NCBI GenBank assembly: GCA_012295275.1
Contig: CM022677.1
Span: forward strand, 11,160,001-11,224,000
Length of the DNA stretch: 64,000 nucleotides
Direction: 5' to 3'
Source: Chrysomallon squamiferum
Taxonomy: Eukaryota; Animalia; Mollusca
Under the pieces are notes generated by a model. The model did not search any database, was not told where the DNA came from, and worked only from the letters and a program-made list of their open reading frames with translations. Made by a program: the position numbers and the translations under genes. Every line of letters begins with the position of its first letter. The stretch's first letter is position 1. Below are positions 15,661 through 30,102 of this stretch, piece by piece.

Positions 15661-16518
15661 TAAGTAGCATCAGTAACAACAAAAATTGTTCATTCTAATT
15701 ATTTTTTACCTTAATTTTTATAAAAATATCATTATCATCTTTGTCAGTTAAAGAGTGACACATGTGAAAGGAAAAAGAAAAGACAGTGTTAACTTACTTG
15801 GTCTCTTCAAGTTCTGTTTGATCTTTTTTGTGTGGTCGTTTAATGTTCCCAACACAAGTAACCATTACTTCCCACTAACACATGCATGGAAATGAAAGTC
15901 ATTCTCTCATCTCTCTGTGAAAATATATAATGTTTATTAGTATTAAAGGTATTTTATCTGTTTTTATCAGTGTAAGCTATTGCTAAATATACGCGAGTAT
16001 TCAACATAAAATATAAAAGGTAAAAAGAGAAAAAATAAGAGTAAAAATGTAAGTGGAGAAAGTGAACAGAAAATAAGGGTAAGCAGTAGCCAAGCTGCTC
16101 AAGAAGTCGTATTACAAGGATGTCAAATACACAGAATAACAAGATGTTCATCTGCACCATTTTATCAGTCTCAGCAGTCACAGTATGGACAATACCAGGG
16201 TCAATATTCTGGGATAATTTCACCAGTTGTGCACATTCAAGATGTCAGTATAAAATTAGATACCCTGATTAGAAAGTTATTATAAGGTTTAAACCATTAT
16301 TAAATTGATGTGTCAGTGGTGAAATGATTGATATTTAGAAAAAATACAAGATATGAATTACATTCACTAACAGTTTGAAAGCAATAAAAAAAAAACCCTG
16401 AATAGTATGGAATTAAGTACAATATATCAGTGGCAAAATGATTGATATTAAGAAAAAAGTATGAATTACAATCATAGTTTGAAAGCAATAAAAAGATCTC
16501 GGAGATTTGAAATAAATC

Positions 16519-16719
16519 GTGTCAGATATGAACAGTTCTACCCATGAAATGAGAGATAATAATAACAGTATGAAACAAAACATATGTGAATTAAAAACTG
16601 AGTTTGGAAACTTAAGAAAAAATTACCTACAAACTCGCTTCATGTGTGACAATTTAATCTTTAGTGGGATACCAGAGAAAGATGAGGAAGACACAGATGA
16701 GAAATTTACAACAAAATAA
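16519..16719 (+). mobile_element. Non-LTR retrotransposon (LINE) ORF1 fragment
   Basis: Coiled-coil-like stretch followed by LQTRFMCDNLIFSGIPEKDEED, matching the R-S-M-R-D-N-L-I-F-x-G-I-P-E motif at the coiled-coil/RRM junction of L1/L2/CR1-type ORF1 proteins. May extend upstream to ~16150. Confidence 0.7.
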
Positions 16720-16740
16720 TCAGGTCTGTATAAAAGTAAG

Positions 16741-16741
16741 T

Positions 16742-16772
<31 letters not shown>

Positions 16773-17595
16773 CATGATACTAAAATGCAGTGTATGATAT
16801 AAGATTCTAAAGTATATTACAAAATGGAACTTCCTATGTTAAATTAAATTAAACAACATTAGGTTTAGAAAATGAGAAATACATAAGAAAATAAACTCAA
16901 ATTCACCTGTTCAGTTTTTTTCTCTTTTCCAGTGGCAGCAGTACAAGCTTTATCCTCAGTGCTGTACAGCACCTTCTACTGAAACAACTTCACTAGCAAA
17001 TATCAGCATTCAATTATGTGCCATCTGAAAAAAAAAAAATTAAATAATAGAAATAATAAACTGTTATAAATAAATAACTAATGTTTCTGTTATTATTAAA
17101 ATTAAAATTTTATTGGTACCAGTTACTCGATTATTCAGTCACAAAGGGGTGTGGAATATTTTTGATATACTTTGTATAATCATTATAATGATGATAATGG
17201 TAATGTAATTAATTAACAACACAATGATTCTTATTATGCTATTTTACAATCAGTAAAGAGTTGTTACTATAAAATTTATTTCACTTTCTCTAAGAAATAA
17301 AAATAAGATAAAAAACTTAAAACTAGGAATTGTGCAGTCTGCAGTTTCTATACAGCTGATTCATCCTTCTCCATAATGTAAATTCCCTTTCTAGACAGCA
17401 ACTGGACAATACTGCAATGACCTACATAAAATATTTAACATCAACAGTAAACAATGTTTTTAGCAATTCCAACATGGACATAATACTTTCTTTTTTTATC
17501 AATCTACATTTGTCTGATAAATGCATTCTTGTTTGCTTATTATCATTCATCCAATATGTCTCTCTCACACACAAACACACACATACAAATGCATG

Positions 17596-17629
<34 letters not shown>

Positions 17630-17890
17630 GAACATACCCTGCCACTGTTGAGAGGTTTCTGAAAACATTCTAACACCGGCCTGACACATCATTTGACACC
17701 AGACTGTTGATTCACATTATCAATAGTCTCTTGTATCCATTCTCTGGAAAATAGCCTGGATTTCTGTGATGATGAACTAGGGGACAGTCACCTGGGTGCA
17801 TTGGAACCACTCTTAATCAGGTACAGAACTAGCCCAGTTATTTGAATCATCTTGTTCTGCTGCAGCTACAACCTCTGTTTTCTTCTCTCT
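16741..17890 (-). repeat. Left arm of inverted segmental duplication (partner 36710-37956)
   Basis: Reverse complement aligns with 36710-37956, e.g. gataatgtgaatcaacagtctggtgtcaa, tgttagaatgttttcagaaacctctcaacagtggcagggtatgtt, gctagtgaagttgtttcagtagaaggtgctg. Confidence 0.92.
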
Positions 17891-18237
17891 GTTTTCTTTA
17901 TCTTCACATCCAGCTTCATTCTCAGAACAGCAAGCTCAGACGTCACCTGCTGTTCAACTTCCTGGCTGTTGTCTTTGCACACAGCCAATCCAGTCATCTG
18001 CCAAGTGGTTCTGTAGAAAATTCTTTGAACGTCAATTAAGAAGGTAAATCCGTGAAGACCGATAATCATCCCGCACTTTTCCGCAACTACTACACTACAA
18101 ATAAAATTAAAATAAAACAAAAATAAAAATAATGTTCAAAACAAATAAAATAAAATAAAATAAAGGAGCATAACAACCTTTATTAAAATATACGTACTAA
18201 TTATAAATCGATGTGGTTCATCTTTTATTTATTTATT

Positions 18238-18269
<32 letters not shown>

Positions 18270-18527
18270 ATCTCATTATTAACCAATCGTTTACCGTGAT
18301 CTTCAAATAACGGTGTTGTTATTCCCCCCCCCCCTGCTTTTTCTTTCTTCTCATTATTTATATGAATGCACCAAATAAAATCACAAAGCTTACAATTCAC
18401 ACTACAATAACTTGCTTATTACTGTCCAGGAATATACCAATCTTTGATATACGTCTGAAAACATCGTCTGAAAAAAAAAAATAAAAAATAAAATACAGAG
18501 CGTACTTTCAGTTCATTTTAATTTTTA

Positions 18528-18588
<61 letters not shown>

Positions 18589-21477
18589 TTTAGGAAAAAT
18601 AGAAGAAAACTTAAATGATATTCCATTATGTATACAGTTATCACATTTATTTTGTAAAACGAGCGCAGTTTACACTATGAATCATATAACATCACATAAT
18701 TATAAAATAAGGTAATATTTTCAATTAAGGATACCGCTATTTTCACGAATAAATTATATAAACATTACATAATTATAAACAAGCAAAAATAAGCTGTCAG
18801 TTTTACTTAAGGATAACGCTATTTGCATTGTTCATTTTACCACTGAGTCATAAAAATACATTTTTATTCAAAATAAATTTTAAAAACGTGTGCACCAATT
18901 GTGTAGTAGTTTATACGGGATTTTAGTTACATTGTGTTACACAGAACATTCAAAGTTAGAGAGTAACGGTGACACCAACCGTGTAAATTGTCAGAGAAGT
19001 CCGCCGATATCTTGAATAACTATGAGTATCCTTCCAGATTAGCTACATTTTTTCTTAGTTTAGAAAAAAGTTAAGTATCAGCACTACATGTCTAATTATA
19101 AATATGTTTTGTGCTATAATAAAAAAATATATATATAATTTCCGACGAAACCTATATAAATCGATGGTAATAAAATTATTTCTAAATTTAATAATGCCTG
19201 TGAAACAAATATATCCTAATACAAGTAGTTTAATAAACCTAAAAATGTTGATGAAGTTCAGATGATTCAAATAAAACGTCCATTTAAATTTGATGATATT
19301 AGCGTTTATTAAGCAAATTATACAGAATTCAACTGACAGAGTTTTTTATTTTAGATATGTCTCTAAAAAAATAATAACATTGTCATAACAAAAACACTAC
19401 GTTACTTTTGCTGAGTAACAAATTATTCTGACATGATATAGTAAACACAACATAAATTACGTTGAGAAATATCACATTAATATCACAGTTGCTAATGAAA
19501 TAACATTTTTATCTGGTTGCGATATTTCATTCCTGAATATTCACTGTACTTCTCAACTAGAAATATTAAAATGAATATCACTTCATATATAATTAATTAT
19601 TTGCTAATATTTAACAGAGAAACCTCAGCTTTTCAATACACACCTGTCTACTAAAAGAAGATCAATATTTAATTATCAATACCATTTGAGGTGCAACTAA
19701 AAACCAATGCTGATTTTGTTAGTAACACATCATAGGAATTTGGAAGGCCTCTTTATTTCTAAATTTCTCAACTATCTTTCGTGAATGAGATGATATTCAG
19801 TTAGTTATACGACAAAACACTGACAATTACAGGTATGATTTCACTGTGAACATTCAGAAATATAGATGGAACTTACGAGTTGTAATTTTTTTAAATAACA
19901 GTAGTTTGTATGTGACGTCAAAAATATATCGAGAACATTGTGAACTAACTTCAGGTACCGCTTTGAAGTGTCCGTTTTAGTAAAAGTAAAGTGAAATTTT
20001 ACTTTGCTAATTCGAAATCATATAACTGAAAGGTGTAATTTTACTGTACGTGGAACTTAAATATTATTAGACATTACTAACAGTTATAAATAATAATTAT
20101 ACATGGCGTTATGAAAATAAGCGGTTTAATTACTTACAAAAAGAAAAAGATGAGAATTAATTATGAGCAGTGATATTTACAGTTTGTAGGTTAAGTATGT
20201 TGAGAAATGTTATTTTATTAATTATCGTATTTTGTATCAGGTTATATTGAAAAATATCAGAGTTAATTCCCTGGAATCACGATAGTGTGTACTGATTAGC
20301 TGAGAACAAATGAGGTTAACAGGTTATTATGTGAAATTTAATTTGTTCATTACATTCATTAAAAGGTGTACATCAGCGCAAGTTGTATAGTGTAGTATAA
20401 TTTACATTTCTTATTATACCTGAAGTTCTCTTACTTCATTAGATATTAAAATAACCACTCCACCAGTAATTATCAATGAGTCAGTGAAGCAGACACCATA
20501 TTTGTCAACAGCTAAATAACAACAACAACAACAATAATAACACCGTAATATCTTCTCTTTTTTTTTCCTGTAAAAACGCAAGCTTCCTACATATGTCTGA
20601 CGCTATTCTCTTAGTTTCATTAGAACTGTTGTGAGAGCGGATATAAAAAATACTTCGAATATTTTGTTAGGCCTCGTAAAGTTATCAGAGAAATCAGATT
20701 TATTCTTAGTTTATTGTTTCTGTCGAGATAAAAACTAAATACTTCTTTAAAAAAAAATATATAACAATTATAATAATAATAATAAATTGATTTATTTATA
20801 ATATAAATTACATGGGAAATCGTGAACTTTTACAAAACCAGAGTTAACTAAAGAATATCGCTGTTTTCACTGATAATGTTACCCATCGATAACAAAATAA
20901 GACGCAAGTTTTATAACGTCTGTATTATTTATATGAAAAATTAAAATTACATTAATTAGAGATCATCAGTTATATTATTGAATAAACATGGAATTTCATT
21001 CTAGATTAACTTACTTCTCTCAGTGTTTAAAAAAGAAATAATCTGATATATTCTTAATTACATAATTTGATAAATTTGAATTTTAGATTAATCATGTAAT
21101 TTCATGTAGGGAGAGATGTAAATTGTGTCGCGGAATGTCATGTTACTGCTGTCATAAAACAAAGTATCACATTGTGACACTATCTTACGTTAACTTTATA
21201 AAATTATTCAAAGTATGAATTTATCAACTTTAATATCGGTTATAATAAAATATTTAATTTTTCTGAGGCCTAGAATTGTTTTTGATCAGAGGACTGGTAA
21301 ATTAATAACAAACGTTAAACAATTTCGCTCGATCTTAGTTTTATCGTAAAAACGGCCGTGATGTTAGCTGAAGCCGTTTTTCAGGTTTCTGAATAAAGAC
21401 CAAACATTAATTCTAAAAGCAAGGGTTCATTTTAATATTATCACCGAAAAATATAGGAGGAAAATGTATATGCGCAA

Positions 21478-21516
<39 letters not shown>

Positions 21517-21523
21517 CTGTATG

Positions 21524-21554
<31 letters not shown>

Positions 21555-22219
21555 GTGTGTATCCATATGTATCTGTGTGTATAAAAATGTCAAATGATCC
21601 TATTTAAATTTATTTTGTGAACGTTAAACTGTAAGAAAAATGCCTTTTGTAAACTGCGAATGTGAAAAAAGGACTCAATATTTTTATCGAAATTTACGCA
21701 AACTAATAAAAACATGTTCCTTATTTCAGGTATTTTGTTTTATGATTTACAGTCAGCGATCAAGTGGGTTAAGAGAATTTACATTATCCTCACTTGAAGA
21801 AATCACATTTGTTTTCACACGAGTGTTTACAATAATTATATTCTATGAAAAAGGATATATTTTCTAATAGGTTTGATGCTGAAGTGTGCACTTGTTTAAC
21901 CAACACAGCACTGATTTTCTGAGACTACCGAGTTCAAGATTAATAAAGTGTAATGAAAATTATAAACAACATTCACAAATTTCTTCACTGGAATATTTGT
22001 ATTACTGTTACGGAGATGTGTTCAAAGTTTTTAGAAGAGATGTTTATTGTAGTCGTAACAGTTCATTCAAATTTATCTTAAAACTGCGTTAATAATGAAA
22101 ATACAAGGCAAGAACAGAAACGGAAAAAATTATATTTATTTAAAAAAATAACTAATAGCAATAAAAGTAAATAATAATAATAGCAATAACAATAATTAAA
22201 AACAATAAGAATAATATAA

Positions 22220-22295
<76 letters not shown>

Positions 22296-22785
22296 CCAAG
22301 TAAAATGAAACTGACGGCAAAAAAACACATAAAAAAAAAAAAGCAACAACAAAAATAAACACAAATGGAGTGAGGAAATTGATCAAAGAGAAAAAAACAA
22401 CATGTATAAGTGAAACAGAATCATGAGGACAAAAAGAAAAAGTATAAAAAACTAACAACATTCTGGCTTTTGCCTGAGACACTACATAAACTGACACATT
22501 TCCTCACAGTCAGTCATTAATCATTCTGCAATAGTAACTCAAAAAAATCTTTTAACAGTGAGTGCTATCATCCAAATATTGAACTAACAGGCTTAGAGAT
22601 CAAATCCCAGCCACACCTTCTATTCAGAATTAATTACAGACATGTAAAATTACTACTCTGTCTGTTTAACTCGACTTTTAACATTCTGTTCTGAGAAAAT
22701 ACCTAAAATGCGCTTAAACTATATTTTTACAATAGAATAATATCAGCTCGAAATATATATTGTTTGCAAAGATAATAACATATAA

Positions 22786-22820
<35 letters not shown>

Positions 22821-23219
22821 AGTATCTCTTCTTCATCAGGTATCATATTCACATCCTGCTCTGTATCAATAAAAGGATCGCAAGTAAATGGAAGGGTAGA
22901 ACTGATCACTTGATTAACATTCTCACCTATGGTTAACAGAACTGATTATCATATCGGGGAGATGTTTAGGAGAATTTAATGCTGGGTTAATGACAGTGGA
23001 GTCTATGTCCTATGTCGTCTGGAAGATCGTCAGACTGGGTATCTGAAAATGTTACAGTAGATGTTACAGTACTCAGTATTCACTATATCATTTGAATCCA
23101 ATAACTGTGGACATTTTTCTGAGATGCAATTAGTCACATCTTCTGACTGAAACGTTTAAACAGTATTAAATTAACAGTTTATATTACAAACAGATTTATT
23201 AATATGAGAGATAATTATG

Positions 23220-23807
23220 CAGGGCTCGAAATGGCCAGTCGCCAGGTCACCAAATACGACCAAAGTTCCGTTTAGTTGATTTGGATGTAAGAAATATTAT
23301 GGTTAGTCGCCCCCAAAAATATTATTTGGGTGACCTGTTTTTTGCTAAAAGTTACAACACAAGATAATAATTTTATAATAATTTTATCGAAATATTTATT
23401 TCACATAAAATGAGTGCACATAGTTCCATAAGTTGGACGTATCGGCTTACATAATTTGCTAACACCTATTTATAAACAGAACGTTAAAGGTTTATCGGTT
23501 GGTTAAAGGAACACGTTAACACAGGAGATAACTCTGAAACTAATTGTTTGCTATTGTTTTTCCTTTTCAATTCCACCTTTAATTGGCTAAAGTGAAACCA
23601 ACGAGCAAATTTAGCGAACTTTTAGAGCGTTACGTTAATAATTATCGGTTGGTTAACGGAACAAGTTATCATGGAAGATAACTCTATAATCTTGTATTTG
23701 CTATTGTTTTTCGTTTTCACACGCTAAACTTTACTGACTGTCATTTCACGTTGCTTTCCTTTAATTTTTATTTTTTTTTGAAAAATCCAAGCGTTTAATA
23801 CTATAAA

Positions 23808-23856
<49 letters not shown>

Positions 23857-24163
23857 ATTCCATTTTTGTCAAGGTTTGTTTGAAAATGTTTTACCAGCTG
23901 ATTTGTATATTGTATATATATTGTTTTGGCGATTTTAATTAATAAAGAATTTTCGTATTTCATTTTAGATGTTGACAAATTTAGGTATGCCGATACTTTT
24001 AAATTATCGAACTACGAACAAATCTTTTATGTGACATACATATTTGCTACAAAATTATTAATAGTGGCTCTTGTGTTATAACTTATAGAAAAAAAATGAT
24101 AATCCAAAAAATACTTTTTAGGCGACTAAACTATAATGTTACTTTTTTTAATTTCGAGCCTTG
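23220..24163. mobile_element. Non-autonomous DNA transposon / MITE with hAT-like termini
   Basis: Terminal inverted repeats cagggctcgaaat (23220) and atttcgagccttg (ends 24163), 12/13 match; subterminal tagtcgcc/ggcgacta; internal duplication ~23490-23570 vs ~23640-23720. No intact target-site duplication seen. Confidence 0.7.
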
Positions 24164-27100
24164 TGCTTACTGACATAACGTGCATAATGATCAGCTTCAA
24201 AAGACATTAATATGACATTTGTCTCAAGCTGAAAATGTCAGTAATAGATAATCATAAGAAGAAGAAGAAAAAAGTAATTCTTCTAAAATAATATTATTTA
24301 TTCATGTTAGTGACTGTGATAGAATTAACTATGGAAATAAGAACATTTTAAGTGTCAAATCAGTTGTAATATATTTTATCTGCATAAACAACTCATTAAA
24401 ATGATTTTTATAAATAAGAAATTTTTGTCATCTGAATTAGGACAGTTATCTCAAATAATTTACCACTGTATAAGTATTATAAGAATTCAGATTTTTTTTG
24501 TTTGTTTTGCTGCTGAAAAAGATCTGATATTTCTGGGAGTTCTTCAAAGCACTCCAATGAACAAAGCAGAGAGAACTTGTATGGGTTTTTTCATTTGTAT
24601 TTTTCCTATTTAAGCAGCAGTTAATTTGTAATTTGGATGTGTGTGTTTGGGGGGGGGGCTATTGGTGTCTGCTTATATCTTTTATTGTTTGTTTACAGCA
24701 TTAGTCAGAACAAACTCAGAGCTTTATTGAAGCATTGCAGACTGAGTGGGGTAACTCTGAGAGAGAAAAGAAATCTGGCAGAAGTAAATTAATTCACACA
24801 CTTTTACATGTGAAGACAGAGAAAGGATAGTTCAATTTCTGCAGCATTTTACTCAAGATTATGACTAATTTTGTCTGAGTCAGCTGCAGGATTCAAAGTG
24901 ATTAATTTGAAAATACAGTCTACATGTGAGACTAAATCTTCACTTTGGAGGGAGTGTCAACAGACTGCTATTGCACAGGGTAAGAATTCATTTGAATAAT
25001 GTGTACTTGTTCTAACAGATTAAGTGATATTTACTGGAATCTGGTCTGAAACATATTTAAAGGAGTAAATATAATTTTAAGGATATTGTATTAATTCTTA
25101 GATTAATTGATTTTATGTTACATATGCTTTTGTTTGTTATTTTAATTTTTGTTTTCATTTTTATGTTTAAGAAAAAGCTAATTATTTTTTTCAGTTTCAC
25201 TTGTCAGTACAGAAAGTTCACATTCCAAACAGCCCACTCCAGCCTGAACCAGTTTACTTCCTTGTGTCAAGAAAATGTTGAACTTTTAAAATATCTTCTG
25301 AAACTGTGTGTCAGCCAATCTATCAGCTGTGAGTCAGTTGATCTGTTAATTTAATAATTTATATAATTATTTTCTTTTGGAGTATTTGCTTTTTGTTTAC
25401 CTATGTCTATGCTATTTTATGTTATGTTTTTGGATTTATTTAGTAAAAACATTTGGGTCTATTTATTTGTTTGAATTAAAGTTTGGCTCTCAGGTTTTCA
25501 CCGTTGCTATCAAGATGTTTTTAAATGTAAATTCAATTTTTAATTCATTGAATGTGTCATGTAGCATTAGATGTTCACTGGAAAAATGTGGACAGAGAAA
25601 TAAGTAATATTTCATGGTTTCAGAAATTCCACAGCTACAGTTTAGTGTTGTGTTTATTTTAAATTTGATTTTGATTGTGTTTAGATTTGTGAAGTAGTTG
25701 ATTCTGAGTTTGGTAACGTTTTTATTTAGTTTGTTACTAATATGATTTTGGATATGATGAAAGGTGTAACTAATGATCAGGGCCTAACTCTTTCATGAGA
25801 TGTTTATTACTGACAGTGGATTTTAACACAGAATTTTAATATGTGTAGGTTTTTATCTGTATTTCAAGTGTTAGTATATTTTATTCTAACATGAGACTGT
25901 CAGGCAGTGTGATGCTTGGTAAAAGTTTTTACAAGATGTGACTATCTTCTGTACATGGCTGTTGAATGTGACTACCAAAAATTTGAATGATTTTCTTTGT
26001 TATTAAATGGTTATCTATTTTTTGTGTTATTTTGCTGTTATCTTTCTTGTTTTTTTTTTCATTTTATTTAGTAGAGAGGAGGCATGCTGTCTAAGTGAAA
26101 TCTTTATCTCTCAGTTTAAAGGCAGTCATTCAAGTTGTTTAGGTATGTTTGTATTTGGTTGTTTAGAGATCTGCCTGCACAGCAGAAATCCATGAATACT
26201 GTAATTTTTTAATTTTTTATTTACTGAATGGAATTTAGTAAACTTTTGTATTGTTTTGTTATTTACTTGTTAAATTATTGTTGTTTAAGTGTCTGTTCAG
26301 GTGTGTTTTACTAGTGTGTCAAGAGTTTTACATGTGTAAGTTAGTGTAACTGTTCTGTAGTTGATTGGTAGTGAATGGTATTTGTAAGGTTTATGCAAGT
26401 TTCCAGTCTGTTGGTATCTTTCCTGTTTACCAAGTTACATTAAAAAGACCAAGTATTATTACTCAAGTTTTGACTATTTTGTATTTTTCAAGTGTGGACT
26501 GATTTTATTTTTGGATTTAAAAAAAAAAAAAAAATTTATGTTGTCTTCTGTATTTATTTATTTCCAATAAGCTCAGTCCACCACTCAGTGGATATTTTGT
26601 TAGTGCAGTTTTTGGTTTTAGGTTTGTGTTCAGTGACAGCCAAGTCTGTCATGTTGGTAAGTGAAGTGCAATGTGTGTCAGTTTCATTTGTCTTTCTTTG
26701 TTCAATATATTTCCATTTGTAGAATTCTTCCCATTTGACTCAGTAAATATTGAGTTATTGGAGTGTTTCTAGCTATAGTTTGTGTTACAGTTCAACTTAA
26801 ATCATTGACTCAGTGAACTGGACAGTGTTAAATCAGTGGTAAACTGGACACACTGTTGAAGGTGAATGTATCATCATTAAGACAAACAAGAATGGAAAGA
26901 CCTGTGTTAGGTGTTTAGCATGTGAGAGATATGTTTTGTGTTTATTGAGGTTCTTTTGTTGAAATTATTAATTTTTGGTGGGCTCTGTTTACAATTTTCT
27001 TCATGTAGTTGCTGAAAGTTTTCATGTTTTGTGAGATATCAGAACTGGGTAGAGTTTCTATGGCTGGACACTGCAGTTTGCATGCTAATGACTTGAGTTT

Positions 27101-27723
27101 TATCACTGTGTACATTTTGTTGTTTGTCTGCAGTAGGGTACACTCAGGTAACTGACCTCATTTCTGTCTGTTTTGATGTAGCTGTCAGTTGTAATTGTTG
27201 TCATGGTAGATTTGTTGTTAAAGGTAAGTGTGGTCCAGTAGGTTGCTCTCTCGCCCCCTCCCCCATTTATCTGTGTGTGTGTTTGTGTTTGTCTACAGAA
27301 TAAAATTACATGTAAAATTATTTATTTTTATTTATTTGTTTTTTTTTAATGAAAATATCTATAATCAGCACTATTTTAAAAGCTCAATCAAAGTACAGTC
27401 AGTTTTACATTTCTACAGGTTCAGAAATAAAAAGTAGGTCATATGCAAATGAGGTGTTAGATTGATGGAATTTCATTGGTGGAGACTTGCTGACACTGTA
27501 ATCTAGTGGATTCTTGAGCTGTTGAATTAGATACATAAAGTACAGAACAGAACTTTTTGTTCTTGAATTAAATTTGAAAATTGTAAATTAATTATTCAGG
27601 TAAGAAATTCTTATTATATATTTGTTTTTCCAATGTTTAATTTTGCAGGTAACAGAGACTTCTGAAATGAATAGCATATTTTAATATTTTTTATTTTATT
27701 TTTAAATATTTTTTATTTTTAAA

Positions 27724-27783
<60 letters not shown>

Positions 27784-27916
27784 TACATTATCAAAATTTG
27801 TTACATAATTAGCTTTAGGAATGATAAAACAGATTGAATCAAGAAAATTCACAAATAATATATTTTATTTTGGTTACATACTATAATAATTTCAAATTCT
27901 TTCTTTTCTTCCCCAG

Positions 27917-28030
27917 CTTTCCCATGCAGCCTTGATCTTTCTGAAAGGGGAGATAATCGAGCTGTACAACAGATTGGCACATGTAATAGCCGAAAGAGAT
28001 CAGTTAGAAAAACAACTGACTGAATGTCAG
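27917..28030 (+). CDS. MCC: MCC exon LSHAALIFLKGEIIELYNRLAHVIAERDQLEKQLTECQ
   Basis: ccccag acceptor, cag|gtaaga donor; matches human AALASLKGDIVELNKRLQQTERERDLLEKKLAKAQ. Confidence 0.9.
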
Positions 28031-28667
28031 GTAAGAATTTTTTGTTGTTTGTTTTTGTTGTTTTAGTTTTATTTTTTTTATCCTAGCATTAAACTGTGAA
28101 ATTAAATATCCAGCTCACTTTTAATGTTGTTATTCTGGTAACAGTAATAAGAAGATAGCCTGGCTAGAAAATAACATGTTTGGCAATAACTCTTGGTGAT
28201 GATTTAAAGTTATTCAGGCTATCTTTCTGGTAAAGATTTAGAAAATATTTATGTTAAATTTGTGATAATTAAATTTAAATAAAAAAAAGAGTTTTAATTT
28301 ATTATTTATTAACTTGCTTCCTTTTTTGGTTATTTGTGTATTTATTTAATTATATATTTATGATGTTTTATTAATCAGACACATAGCTTTATTGTCTTTA
28401 TTCAGATGTAAAATAATACCATATGTTTGCTGTTCTTCACTGTTTTTAAACACATAATGAAACAATTGTATATATAATGTCAGAAACAAAATGAAACATA
28501 GTATTTTGTCTTTATTCAGTTATAAAATTATACCTTTAGCTTGCTGTTAATCACTGTGTTTAATGAAAGACAAAGAAATAACTTCTAGAAATTTGTTGAA
28601 AATACCAAATTCCAGAAATGAGAAAAGACATTTGAACATTGTCTTTTTTTTCTTCATTTCTGTGTAG

Positions 28668-28759
28668 AGAAGAAGATGAGTTTGAAGACTTGGACAAAAG
28701 CAATAATGGAGGAAGTATCAATGAGAATAATACAAATGGCTCCCAATCTGCGAGTCCTG
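28668..28759 (+). CDS. MCC: MCC exon (R)EEDEFEDLDKSNNGGS...SASP
   Basis: tgtgtag acceptor (phase 2), g|gtaatc donor (phase 1); matches human IREEDEY. Confidence 0.8.
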
Positions 28760-29181
28760 GTAATCATTTACTTTTATATTTATTTTTTGACTGTGCAGTT
28801 ACTGATTATTTTAGTCTGTTTTTGATAGAGATCCAATTGTTTTAAAAGTTTATTCATTTTAATTTACTGTATTTAATATATATATAATACAATGTGTGGG
28901 ATTTTTTAAATATTAAATTACAATCATTTTTTTAAATGTTTAATTTTTCTCATTTACATACTGTTAAAAGGAATTAAAAAAAAAATACCAAATAATCAGT
29001 CAATCAGTTAATTTGATTAAATTTGAAAAAAAGATGAAATTTACAAATAAAATTAAAATTCACTTCATGTTCTATTTATTCTTTAATTACTAAATAAATA
29101 ACCATTTATCCACAACATTAAAACTGAGAATAATTATAAATTAACTTAAGAAATAAAATATATATATTATTTATTTCTTAG

Positions 29182-29654
29182 AAATAGGTAATGAAATAAA
29201 CGCAGAACTGGAGTCAACCATTGCAGAAAGAAAAGACTTTCCTCTCCACAATGTGTCTGATGATCACAACGACATTCAGTGTCTCAGGGAGGACGTTGAA
29301 AAAGACAACGCCGAAAGTCAGCTCCTTCAGAGCATCGGCAACAACAGCGTGCAGCAGCTGAGAGACAATGGCAACAGCAACAGCCTCGATGACAAACTGG
29401 GAGACAATGAGGACAGCAGTGAATCTCCTCACACTATCCCACCTCGAGAACCACGCAATGTCCCATTCCACCCACCTCCTCCACCTCCGCCTAACAGGGT
29501 CCCATACCCAGAGTACCTGCAGGAGGAGGTGAACTCACTGCGAGTAGAAAACAATGCTCTACAAGAACAGATAGGCGGACAGGAAATAGAACTTTTGCAG
29601 CTATGTAGCCATATTGAATATATCAATGATGACAGGGAGAAGTTGAAAAGAAAG
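29182..29654 (+). CDS. MCC: MCC exon with proline tract and coiled coil ...EVNSLRVENNALQEQIGGQEIEL...DREKLKRK
   Basis: Open for 473 nt; ttcttag acceptor, aag|gtaact donor; matches human ELAGLREENESL...EERDRLRRR. Confidence 0.9.
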
Positions 29655-29779
29655 GTAACTCTGCATAAATATTAAACAATGGTTATCATTTACATTTTTT
29701 TATTTGTAGATAGAATTAAAGCACAAAACATAAGTGGTCTTATTTATTTTAGATTCCATTTTTCTTCAGTTATATCATA

Positions 29780-30012
29780 TGTTACATTTGAAAGAGTTAC
29801 AGGATAAATTGTTGCATTTTTGTTACTGTTGAAAGAGTTAGAGGATAAACTCTTAAAAACATTTTTGTTACAATTGAAGGAGTTACAGGATAAATTGTTA
29901 CATTTTTGTTACAGTAAAAAGAGTTACATGATAAACTGTTGCATTTTCAGTGCAGTTTAAAGAGAGAATAAATTGTTACATTTTTGTTACAGTTGAAGGA
30001 GTTACAGGATAA
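29780..30012. repeat. ~40-bp degenerate minisatellite made of the MCC splice acceptor and first codons
   Basis: About 6 copies of catttttgttacagttgaaggagttacaggataaattgtta; the last copy is the functional exon start. Confidence 0.85.
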
Positions 30013-30102
30013 GTTACCTCTGACAGATTTGTCTTCTAGTCCCATGAACAGTCGAACATCAACACCAACAAAGTCACAAGTGAATCCTAATACAGGAGAG
30101 AG
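29993..30102 (+). CDS. MCC: MCC exon LKELQDKLPLTDLSSSPMNSRTSTPTKSQVNPNTGE
   Basis: ttacag acceptor, ag|gtataa donor, phases fit both neighbours; matches human VRELQTRL...INPSTGE. Confidence 0.85.

Larger units (their letters stand above)
12200..18470 (-). pseudogene. Multi-exon spliced unit without a continuous ORF (decayed gene or lncRNA)
   Basis: Exon-like blocks with minus-strand polypyrimidine-AG acceptors and GT donors at about 18467-18394, 18094-17638, 17024-16907, 15914-15799, 15437-15391, 14537-14508, 13996-13926, 13666-13622 and from 12592 (DPRQQIQAASASTSVENVVRHIFRRGSLDH...). Several contain stops; no family recognised. Boundaries are approximate. Confidence 0.45.

Noticed and set aside
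16991-17001. 11-nt match (cactagcaaat) to the candidate miRNA within an exon of the minus unit
   Set aside because: Misses seed positions 2-3, is not kept in the duplicated copy at ~37535, and a match this short is plausible by chance.
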